Part shown: positions 1 through 8,905 of the stretch, in pieces
How positions within the stretch are numbered: position 1 is the first letter of the stretch
Layout of the letters: every line of letters starts with the position of its first letter
Source of the DNA: Octopus sinensis
Taxonomy: Eukaryota
DNA length: 18,615 nt
Assembly: GCF_006345805.1 (NCBI RefSeq)
Contig: NW_021824457.1
Location: forward strand, 1 to 18,615
Direction of reading: 5' to 3'
Notes under the pieces: generated by a model
What the model was told of the DNA's origin: nothing
The model's database searches: none
Seen by the model: the letters and a program-made list of their open reading frames with translations, nothing else
Translations under genes and position numbers: made by a program

Positions 1-153
1 GCGAAATACCTTAGAGCATTTCGTCTGCCGTTACGTTTTGAGTTCAAATTTCGCCTAGGTCAACTTTGCCTTTAATCCTTTCGGGGTCGATTAAATAAGT
101 ACCAGTTACGCACTGGGGTCGATATAATCGACTTAATCCGTTTGTCTGTCCTT
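1..153 (+). mobile_element. SINE family A fragment (tRNA-related head remnant plus conserved central domain), truncated by window start
   Basis: gagttcaaatt..gtcaactttgcctttaatcctttcggggtcgattaaataagtaccagttacgcactggggtcga; near-identical to the reverse complement of ~1037-1190 and to 8085-8225. Confidence 0.85.
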
Positions 154-384
154 TTGACTTACTCTCTTACTTCTGCCGATGATATATGCATATATGCATA
201 TATGTGTAAAAAAATCTCATCATGCAATCAAACCAATGAAAGAGCCTCTACCCGGTCACTCGACACGCTAAAAATAGCAGCCAATGGATCCCCTACCCAG
301 TATTTTATAAGGTAAAATCTTAAGTTATTAATTGACACTTTATCAATTATCTTATAACATGAATGACTGGAAAAATCATGGATT

Positions 385-869
385 ACATGGAAAAATGCGA
401 GCATTAAAAGTAATATTCTTAAGATTATAAACCTGAAAAAGTACAAGTTATTACACCTGTAAAAGTATAGGACAAACTATTACTTCAAGTAAAGTAAAGA
501 ATAATAAACTTTTTACTTAAAATATCGCAGCTAAAATTAATATTTGAATATTATAACATATTTTATTATAGTTTACAAATAACACTGTGCTTATTTAAGT
601 AGAATTTAGCTAATTTACTACCTTAAATACAAAAAAAGTAATTAATTAGACAAACTTACAAATTAGCTGAACAGTTTTGTACAATAACTTAAAAGGATGA
701 GCGATAAATTAGAAGAACTGGCATTCTTTGCTGCAATAGTTTAAGTAAAAGGTTTTTTATTCTTTACTTTACTTGAAGTAATAGTTTGTCCTATACTTTT
801 ACTGGTCCTGTACTTTTCCAGGTTTATAATCTTAAGTATATTATTTTTCATGCTCGGATTTTTCCATGT
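385..869. mobile_element. MITE/foldback element with ~145-bp terminal inverted repeats and AT-rich spacer
   Basis: acatggaaaaat..gtaaaagtataggacaaactattacttcaagtaaagtaaagaata..gcagc (385-531) is the reverse complement of 730-869 (gctgc..tattctttactttacttgaagtaatagtttgtcctatacttttac..atttttccatgt); no ORF. Confidence 0.8.
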
Positions 870-872
870 CAA

Positions 873-1224
873 TTACATCGACCCTAGTGTCTCATTAGTA
901 TTCAATTTATCGACCCTGAAAGAATAAAAGGCAAAGTCGACCCCGGCGGAATTTGAACTCAGAACATAAGGACAGGCAAAATGCCTGTTTCTATTTCTTT
1001 ACTGTTCACAAGGGGCTACACACAGAGGGGACAAACAAGGACAGACAAACGGATTAAGTCGATTATATCGACCCCAGTGCGTAACTGGTACTTATTTAAT
1101 CGACCCTGAAAGGAAGAAAGGCAAAGTCGACCTCGGCAGAATTTGAACTCAGAACGTAGCGACGGGCGAAATGCCGCTAAGCATTTTGCCCGACGTGCTA
1201 ACGATTCTACTAGCTCTCTGCCTT
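873..1224 (-). mobile_element. SINE family A, dimeric copy
   Basis: Two tandem monomers (873-985, ~990-1224), each with atcgaccc..aaaggcaaagtcgacc.cggc.gaatttgaactcagaac; the minus-strand head has a gagttcaaatt B-box-like motif; same layout as 7963-8440. Confidence 0.85.
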
Positions 1225-1230
1225 AAATCT

Positions 1231-1477
1231 GTAAATAATAATGATAGTATTTTATAAACTATGACCGTGCAATGACGTAAGAAAATGGTCTAATAACGGG
1301 GCGTAGAAGCCCTCGACGGAATAAAGAGATGTGGGTTCGAGTCCCACACGTACGGGAAACTTAGTTCTTTTTTCCGATGAGGGTTTACATGCCCTATTAT
1401 TAGACTATTTTGTTTAGTCGTTTCGCGGTGATTACTTATAAGCTTTAAGCTTATAGAATACTATTAGCATTATTTAC
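1231..1477 (+). other. Foldback element enclosing a tRNA-like cassette (B box/T-arm, T6 run)
   Basis: Imperfect inverted arms 1231-1327 / 1366-1477; T-arm gtggg-TTCGAGT-cccac (1331-1347); ccgtgc/gtacgg acceptor-like pairing (1265-1270/1350-1355); TTTTTT at 1368-1373. Confidence 0.6.
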
Positions 1478-1580
1478 CCTATATATATATATGTATATAT
1501 ATTATCACTATTATCATTATCACTATGGACTCCGTGTGGGCAGTCATCTAAAAGTTTTTGTTCGTCATGATGCTGACATA

Positions 1581-1683
1581 AGTTCCTTGTTTTTCCTGAT
1601 GAGAAGGCGGCATAATGCACCCTTTATTCCTTCGGAATTGAGAATATGCAGTCTTCGAAACATATGTCGAGAATAAAGGAATT
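1581..1683 (+). ncRNA. Type I hammerhead ribozyme (Penelope-like element/retrozyme type)
   Basis: CTGATGA 1596-1602; stem II gaaggc/gtcttc plus gcata/tatgc; GAAA 1657-1660; palindromic stem III aCATATGt; GTC cleavage triplet ending 1668; stem I agttccttgtttttc / gagaataaaggaatt. Confidence 0.8.
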
Positions 1684-1730
1684 TTGTTAAATCGTCGTTC
1701 AACTCCATTCTTTCATTTATATATATATAG

Positions 1731-1780
<50 letters not shown>

Positions 1781-1804
1781 GAGGCGGGTCTTTCGCTGTA
1801 TTTA

Positions 1805-1988
1805 CCCCACCGACACTCGACAACTCGTTGTTGTGTGCTTATGTCCCCGTAACTTAGGAGTTTGGTAAAGAAAAGGCCGATAGAATAACTACCAGGATTT
1901 TAAAAATAACTCCTGGGGACCATTTTTTGACTAAAACTATTCAAGGTACTGCCTCAGCATGGCCGCAGTCAAGTGACTTAAACAAATA
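1805..1988 (+). mobile_element. SINE family B, 3' portion
   Basis: gtccccgtaacttag..ccgatagaataa..cagcatggccgcagtcaagtgact; homologous to the reverse complements of 8477-8625, 14616-14800 and 16171-16290. Confidence 0.75.
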
Positions 1989-2082
1989 TATATATATACA
2001 CACACATACACATATTTTATATACACACATGCATATATATATATACACACATATATTATATATACATATGTATATTCATAAA

Positions 2083-2212
2083 TCCTTTCTGTCGAAGAGC
2101 GTATGCTCGAAACATCAAATACTTTTCGATTCTTCCTGTGCGTTAAACTAATACGCCTGCTTGTTGTTCCTTCACTTGTATTCGTTATTGTTGTCTGTAA
2201 ATTTGAACAATA
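2083..2212 (+). mobile_element. Short repeat with minimal hammerhead-like motif (PLE pLTR-like), copy 1
   Basis: ctttctgtcgaagagc-gtat-gctcgaaac..ttcctgtgcg..ctaatac; homologous to 17501-17634; flanked by (TA)n. Confidence 0.55.
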
Positions 2213-2219
2213 TATAAAT

Positions 2220-2256
<37 letters not shown>

Positions 2257-2257
<1 letters not shown>

Positions 2258-2439
2258 CAGGGCAGAGATGTAGAAAAGACTTGAATATCTGTCATTTGTG
2301 TTTTAAACCCTGTCAGGTAGCAGCTGGTTTTAAAAGTCATCTGAGGGCTCATCAACGGAGGGATAGGGCTGTGTGATGGGATGTGTGAAGTGTGTGTTGA
2401 TGGGACGGCAATCATCTGTCAAGATGAAGCAATCATCAT
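2257..2439 (+). mobile_element. 3' end of an RTE-like non-LTR retrotransposon: C-terminal C2H2-type motif, stop codon and short 3' UTR
   Basis: 2281-2376 translates LNICHLCFKPCQVAAGFKSHLRAHQRRDRAV* (C-x2-C-x12-H-x3-H); terminal catc-tgtcaa-gatg stem-loop followed by an atcatcat/TA tail. Confidence 0.6.
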
Positions 2440-2471
2440 ATTAATATATATTATATTATTATATTATATAT

Positions 2472-2551
<80 letters not shown>

Positions 2552-2700
2552 AGAGAGAAGCAATTATGCGGATAAACAAAATTAATATAACAGCTTGGAT
2601 TTGATATACAATATATTGCTGTCTTTATACACACACACATACACACACATAAACACACACACACATACACACACACACACACACATGCAGACAGAGAGAA
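2440..2700. repeat. Compound microsatellite (TA)n-(GA)n..(CA)n
   Basis: Direct reading. Confidence 0.95.
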
Positions 2701-3149
2701 AGCAACGAGACAGAGAGAAAACAATGTGTATTTAAGTATAAATATATGGATACTTATATATTAATAGATCAAACTTACACAGAGTACAAATGGGAAATAA
2801 ATAAGCCTTACATTTCAGTTGATGAAATGTAAGATTTTTTTTTCTACTCTGATGACGAAGGCTCGAATTTTTTCGACCCTGATGACGAAAGCACGATTTA
2901 CCCAATTTTTATTTTCGTCCATTACTGGTGGCATATATTGGTGAACTACCTCTACCAAGTTTATGATGTATATCCACGCCCCAGATACAGTTGTTGGACT
3001 TGTAACACCTTGCCTCCTTTTAAATGTTCTCTGTTGTTTGTTCTATGTATGTTTTTTTCTATTACTATATAAATATCTATATATTTATACCTAAACATTC
3101 ATCGTCTGAAAATCTTCAGTCTTTGCTTTCTTTCAGTTTCTATGTATAC

Positions 3150-4020
3150 ATAAGTAGGTTCCTGGACTAGTTATGTTTAATAATAAAATAAATAACTTAT
3201 TTACCTAAGTTTTACCATCATCTCTTTCGAAATAGTCACCTTGCGCAGCAACACCTCCCCCTGCGTTTCTGTCACTTTTGGAATCTAGCGAGGAAGCCAT
3301 TTCCGTAAGCAAGTCGAGGGCCTTTTGTGCTTAGCTCTGGATCTCGACAACGGTGTTAAAACGGTGACCTTTGAGCTGCATTTTCATTTTGAGGAAGAGA
3401 TGGCGAATAGGGTGGGTGCAGAAGCAATACCGTATTGTCTTTTGGCGAGAAACTCACGTGAGGGGAGCTCGGTGACAGGGTGCATTGTTATCGTAAAGAG
3501 TCCAATTCTTCACGTTCCACAGATTCGGTCACTTTCGCTAAGCGTCCTCCCTCAAACGCTTTAAAACATCGCAGTAAAATTCTCGATTGACGGCCTGGCC
3601 CTGTAGGATGAATTCTCGATACACAATACCACATTTCCGGGAGTGACGCTCGTGGCAGGTCTTCCAGAACGCTCATCATTTTCCAGGGGCGCTCTTCTGT
3701 TTTTGAAGCGCCCGTGCCACTCGAAACTTTGCCTACGAGCCATTGCGACGTCGCCGTAAGCTTGATGAACCATGCTCAATGTCTCTGTAGCAGACTCTCC
3801 AAGTTTAGCGCAAAATTTCACTTTGACTCTTTGTTCCTGTCCATGACAAAATCGCAGACTACAGCATACATGTGGTCACAAAAACACAAATTTCACAACT
3901 TGTGAAGTAACACAGTAATGTCATTCGGTACACTGCTAGTTCCCGTTGCGCACGCAACCGTGTGCTACCATCTGTTGGTGCGCTACAGAACTAGCCCGGA
4001 AACGTTTTGATGTTACCTGG
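3150..4020 (-). mobile_element. Mariner (Tc1/mariner) DNA transposon, internally deleted, transposase pseudogene
   Basis: N-terminal HTH region VKFCAKLGESATETLSMVHQAYGDVAMARRQSFEWHGRFK..LENDERSGRP (3821-3655); frameshifted catalytic remnants YCDVLKRLRE, YDNNAPCH, LHPPYSP and C-terminal GRCVAAQGDYFE; degenerate TIRs gttcctggactagttatgt (3158-3176) / acagaactagcccggaaac (3985-4003). Confidence 0.9.
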
Positions 4021-4485
4021 ATTCGTCTTATAGCCACTCTTTAAAGACACCAGAGTCTAAGTTCGAATAATTTGAGCGCTACAAAGTGTTTTCTATACCA
4101 AGAATCTCTGGATCTCGTGTGTTGACTGTAATTTAGATCGTTAAAAGAGACAAGGAACCAATTGTTAAGTACTGAAGTGGTCAGTCCTCAGCACTTTATC
4201 ACTTTATTATCTCTAAATGCTTAATTTTATTCTCCATCTTTACACTTCAGTCTGTTTAATTCTTACAATCTCACTATTAAGATAGAACGATACTTTATAG
4301 CCAACCAGACACATTTCTTTTCTTTTCGTTTTTTCCTGCGTTTTTAAGAAATTTTATTGTAATTGCATCCTGTTTATCGCTATGTCTATGGGGTTTGTTT
4401 TGCCTGTAAATTGTTGAAAACACATCAAGTTGGGCATGCATTTTCACATAGAGTGAAATGACGAGAAGATATAACAAAGAACCTT

Positions 4486-4575
4486 TTTAAACAATCACCT
4501 GACGATGAGCATTTAACACCTCACCAATGTACTAAAGGTGTAAAAATGTGTAGAAACAATTGTAGTGGTTTTAGA
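4486..4575 (+). ncRNA. Type I hammerhead ribozyme
   Basis: Stem I aatcac/gtggtt; CTGACGA 4499-4505; long stem II (tg/ta, gcattt/aaatgt, acacct/aggtgt); GAAA 4553-4556; palindromic stem III aCAATTGt; GTA cleavage triplet ending 4564. Confidence 0.72.
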
Positions 4576-4766
4576 TAAAGAATGTCGTTAATTCCATTTT
4601 CTATCAATAAGCTAACTATCTATATAGCAAAATAATTGAGATTCATATGAATTAGGTACTGAAGTTGAAGCTCCAAAACTTAATGCGGTATTATCCGTAC
4701 AACTTCAAGAAATAGTGAATAAAATCAAAATAAGCAACAAGATATCCAGAGGTGATGCAGTACGAA

Positions 4767-4822
4767 CGTTTCAAGCGGCTCCAATTAATTGTTCACTTAA
4801 ATGGAGCCGCTTGAAACGGCTC
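4767..4822. repeat. GC-rich perfect 17-bp inverted repeat (hairpin)
   Basis: cgtttcaagcggctcca (4767-4783) / tggagccgcttgaaacg (4802-4818). Confidence 0.9.
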
Positions 4823-4828
4823 TATTTA

Positions 4829-4830
<2 letters not shown>

Positions 4831-4908
<78 letters not shown>

Positions 4909-4932
4909 CCTTTATATATATATATATATATA

Positions 4933-4972
<40 letters not shown>

Positions 4973-4983
4973 TAGATAGATAA

Positions 4984-5070
<87 letters not shown>

Positions 5071-5085
5071 TAGATATAGATATAT
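4831..5085. repeat. Self-complementary microsatellite (TATC)n-(TA)n-(GATA)n
   Basis: Direct reading; polarity switches across the central TA tract. Confidence 0.95.
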
Positions 5086-5360
5086 ACACTTACTCACACT
5101 CGCATATATATATACTGATATGCGTGTGTGTGTTTGTACTCTTCCTTTGTAGTTAATGTAAATGTGTATTTAGATTATCGTCGTCGCAGCTCCTGCTGCT
5201 GTGATTGTTGTTGTTGTTGTTGTGTTGTGTTGTATAGCTGCCATTTCTGATATTGCGGCTGGCTATAATTAGTCATTTAGTCATAGTAAGAAATGATGCT
5301 GAAGAAAGATAGGAGCAAAAAATGTTCAAAGAGATGTCGGAAGTATGGTTGACAAAGAGC

Positions 5361-5419
5361 AAAATATTTCTATGTTACAAACAGCACCACTGCCACCGTC
5401 AACACCATAACTACTACTA

Positions 5420-5478
<59 letters not shown>

Positions 5479-5507
5479 CACCACCACCACCACCACCACC
5501 ACCACCG

Positions 5508-5548
<41 letters not shown>

Positions 5549-5617
5549 GGTAGTAGTAGTTATGGTATTGATGGTTGGTGGTTGGTGGTGGCAGTGCTGC
5601 TGTTCGTAACAGAAATA

Positions 5618-5621
<4 letters not shown>
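5361..5621. repeat. Palindromic element with unique outer arms and (CTA)n/(CCA)n expansion
   Basis: aaaatatttctatgttacaaacagcaccactgccacc..caccataactactact versus agtagtagttatggt..ggtggcagtgctgctgttcgtaacagaaatatttt. Confidence 0.85.
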
Positions 5622-5652
<31 letters not shown>

Positions 5653-5653
<1 letters not shown>

Positions 5654-6782
5654 TTTTTTTTTCTTCTTTCAAATTTGCTTCCATTTCTTGCCGAGTGTCT
5701 TCCCGACTCCTAGGGCAAAGAAACTCATGGTATACTTTGGTAGGCCATTAAACCAAACTCAGTAGTTCGTTCATTTTTTTTTTTTTTTAAGTTAAATTAA
5801 AATACATGAGCAGCAACAGTTCTCACATCGACAATGCTCTTCTCAATACGTGTGATGTACCAGTTAAGACAATCTTTTGCACTTCTTGCAGGGATGGTAA
5901 GCCAGGATCATTCTCATATATAATTTTCGGTTCCCTTCTTGATCATTCCTAGTGCTCCTACGATCACTGGTATTGTAACCGCCTTGAGATGCCACATTTT
6001 CTCAATTTCAATGAGTAGGTCTTTATATTTTCTGAGCTTGTCAAACTCTTTCGCTGAGATATTATGATCACAGGGGATGCTCATGGTCGATCAATAGCAA
6101 ACTTTATTGTTTTGGTCTTTCACAACAATATCTGGTTTATTGGCCTTGATGGTTCGGTCTGTATGTAACTGGAAAGTCCCACAGAATGGTTACATTTTCT
6201 CCTTCAGTTACAGCCTCAGGGTGGTGATTATACCACTTGTCGGCAGTTTTGATATTGTAATGCCGACTTATTAGCCAGTGGAGATATTGGCCAACTCTAT
6301 CATGTCTTAATTTATACTCCACTGGTGCTAAGACTTTACATCCAGAGATTAGATGGTCCACTGTTTCAATCATGTCGTTGCAGAATCGGCATTTTGGGTC
6401 TGCTCCATTTTTCATCACATTGGCCTGGTAGTTCCGGGTTAATAGGCTTTGATCTTGAGCAGCCAGGATGAAACCTTCGCTCTCTGCTTTTAGCCCTGAG
6501 CTCCGTAGCCACTGATGGGTTCGCTTCTGGTCAACATCAGCTTGTTTGCTGCGGGTCACATATTTGCCGTGCAGAGGTTTCTCCTCCCACCTATCAGCCA
6601 ATTGCTCGTGCGCTTTTTTCATTGCTATCATTTTCACCTTCTTTGCAACGATAGTTGCCGTACTTCCCTCGGGTTGTTCAGTTTGGGTATCCTGCACGAG
6701 ATCAATATACCTCGGGTTGTTCAGTTTGGGTATCCTGCACGAGATCAATAGCAAACTTTTTGCTTTCCTTTATGATAGAATA
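5653..6782 (-). mobile_element. 5'-truncated R4/Dong-clade non-LTR retrotransposon (post-RT region, CCHC knuckle, restriction-like endonuclease, 3' UTR)
   Basis: KPLHGKY..GLKAESEGFILAAQDQSLLTRNY..CRFCNDMIETVDHLISGC..RHDRV..ILWDFPV, then via frameshifts TDRTIKANKPDIVVKD..MSIPCDHNISAKEFDKLRKYKDL..IPVIVGALG..QEVQKIVLTGTSHVLRRALSM* (stop 5825-5823); (TAA)n tracts on both sides. Confidence 0.92.
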
Positions 6783-6794
6783 TTATTATTATTA

Positions 6795-6870
<76 letters not shown>
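6781..6870. repeat. (TTA/TAA)n microsatellite
   Basis: Direct reading. Confidence 0.95.
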
Positions 6871-7410
6871 TCTTTTATTAGTCTCTGAGATATAGATGAG
6901 GGGAATATCACAAAGACATAATAATTTGTGTGGTGATTTACAAAAAGGACGAAGAGAAAGAAATGGAAAAGACAGAGAAATGGTATATAAATATACGTCG
7001 TATACAAAATATGTGATAACATGAAGATGCGGTCCTTCTGATACAGGATAAACTCCAGCTGGGGCCCGTCAAGGAACCCCACAGATCCAGGATTACCCTG
7101 ACCACCAAAGGTACGAGTTCTCCAATAAAAAAGCGCACACTTAGAGCAGGTCCATTCACTCTAAATATTTTTGTCACAGTCACCCACCTTTTTACAAGCT
7201 CATTGGGAGGTAGCAATGCCCTCTCCGCTTTCACTTTCTTTTCCAAGTGGAACCTAAAGAAGTCGAACTTGATCGAAGAGAAAGGTGTCTTTCCGCAATC
7301 CTTTCAGCTTCGTCCACCACATAACTTCTTTCGATATTGTCCCTAGACAATGGTCCCTGCCCTGCCTTGCTAAAGGTAGGCGATGATGAGCGATTCTCAC
7401 AATAGATTGA
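6871..7410 (-). mobile_element. 3' end of a Tx1/L1-like non-LTR retrotransposon (degenerate ORF2 C-terminus and 3' UTR)
   Basis: Frameshifted minus-strand translation ISKEVMWWTKLKGLRKDTFL / FDFFRFHLEKKVKAERALLPPNELVKRWV matches the K-x2-(I/M)W..F..R/K-x3-E..W pattern of Tx1 ORF2 ends; T-rich 3' UTR; AATAAA near 6879-6874, then an (AAT)n tail. Confidence 0.6.
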
Positions 7411-7962
7411 CCTTTTTTTTTGCCTTTCTTGTCGCGATGTGGTTTATCAGATAGAAAGTTTTCTAAATTTTTTTGAGCACATCCACATGTACTCCTCGTT
7501 GATCTCTAAGGTCTTTTGGCAAAGTATTGAAAAATTATGGGCGTTTTAAATCAAAGCTTTTATAGTAATGGGTCCATACACGCACATATACACATATATA
7601 CATATACTTACACATGCTCTCACACACAGAAATAAGTATAAACTTGGTGTTACTTTTATTTCGTGCTACTTTATTTACATATATTTCTGTATTCGAGAAT
7701 TTATTAATTATCTCACTATAAATGCTGTTAATAAATGTACTTTCTAAGTGCAGTTCACAAAGCTACCGAACCCATTTTCAAACAGAGTTGAAACACGGAT
7801 CACAAGTACACAAGGATGTGTATTGCAGGATTAGATGGTCTCCCAACTGCATAGACAAAGACTTAATTAATTAATTACTAAATACAGAAGCATATGTAAC
7901 AGATGAAATAAAGGAGTAACAAGTTCACGCTTCATGTTTCTCTTTCAATATATATATGTATG

Positions 7963-8440
7963 AGGGCGGCGAGATGGCAGAAACGTTAGAGATGCATTGC
8001 TCTTATGTTAGAATCGATAATTAATTGAGCAAGAAGGGCGCAGGATTGACGGAATCGTCAAAAATTCAGACAAATTGGTTAGCGATATTTCGTCTACCGC
8101 TAACTGCTAACTCCTGATTTCAAATTCCGCCGAGGTAACTTTGCCTTTCATCCTTTCGGCGTCGATAAATTAAGTACCAGTTACGCACTGGGGTCGATGT
8201 AATCGACTTAATCCGTGTGTCTGTTCTTGTTTGTCCCCTCTGTGTTTAGCCCCTTGTGGGTAGTAAAGAAATAGGTATTTCATCTGTCTTTATGTTCTGA
8301 GTACAAATTCTCCCGAGGTCGACTTTGTCTTTCATACTTTCTGAGTCGATAAATTAAGCACCAGTTACGTACTGGGGTCAATCTAATCGACTGGACTCCT
8401 CCCACACAATTTCGGGCCTTGTGCCTAGAGTAGAAGAAAT
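7963..8440 (+). mobile_element. SINE family A, dimeric copy with extra head fragment
   Basis: ggcggcgagatggcagaaacgttag head; two monomers with caaattc..cgaggt..actttg.ctttcat..gtcgataaattaag.accagttacg.actggggtc. Confidence 0.85.
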
Positions 8441-8476
8441 TATATATATGTATGTATCTTTTATCTTCTACCATTA

Positions 8477-8684
8477 ACTTGTTTCACTCATCTGACTGCG
8501 GCCATGCTGGGACAAAGTCTTAAAGGGTTTTAGTCGAACAAATCGACCCTAGGACTTACTTTTTTTTTAGCTCTAATACTTATTCCACCAATCCCATTTG
8601 CCGAACCGCTATGTTATGGGGAGGACAAACACAGACGAAGAGACACATACACGTATATGTATACATCTATATGACGGGCTCCTT
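8477..8684 (-). mobile_element. SINE family B, 3' half
   Basis: acttgtttca.tca..tgactgcggccatgctgg..tttagtcgaacaaatcgaccc.aggactta..ttgccgaaccgcta; aligns with 16171-16340. Confidence 0.8.
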
Positions 8685-8689
8685 TGTGT

Positions 8690-8704
8690 GTCTGTGTGTG
8701 TATG

Positions 8705-8736
<32 letters not shown>

Positions 8737-8803
8737 CACGCTATACACTACACGTATATGTCTGTGTAGCATATATATATATATCTTTCTATCTATCTAT
8801 ATA

Positions 8804-8883
<80 letters not shown>

Positions 8884-8897
8884 ATATATATATATAT
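8690..8897. repeat. (TG)/(TA)n microsatellite tract
   Basis: Direct reading. Confidence 0.95.
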
Positions 8898-8905
8898 AAA
8901 AAAAC

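Noticed and set aside
1265-1355. Functional tRNA gene
   Set aside because: D-arm and anticodon arm are non-canonical in length and pairing; only tRNA-like.
4135-4200. Minus-strand CTGAGGA-ctga/tcag stem..taacaattgg
   Set aside because: Lacks GAAA and a proper cleavage triplet; too degenerate to call a hammerhead.
6137-6754. Host protein-coding gene (205-aa ORF)
   Set aside because: It is a frameshifted fragment of an R4/Dong retrotransposon ORF.
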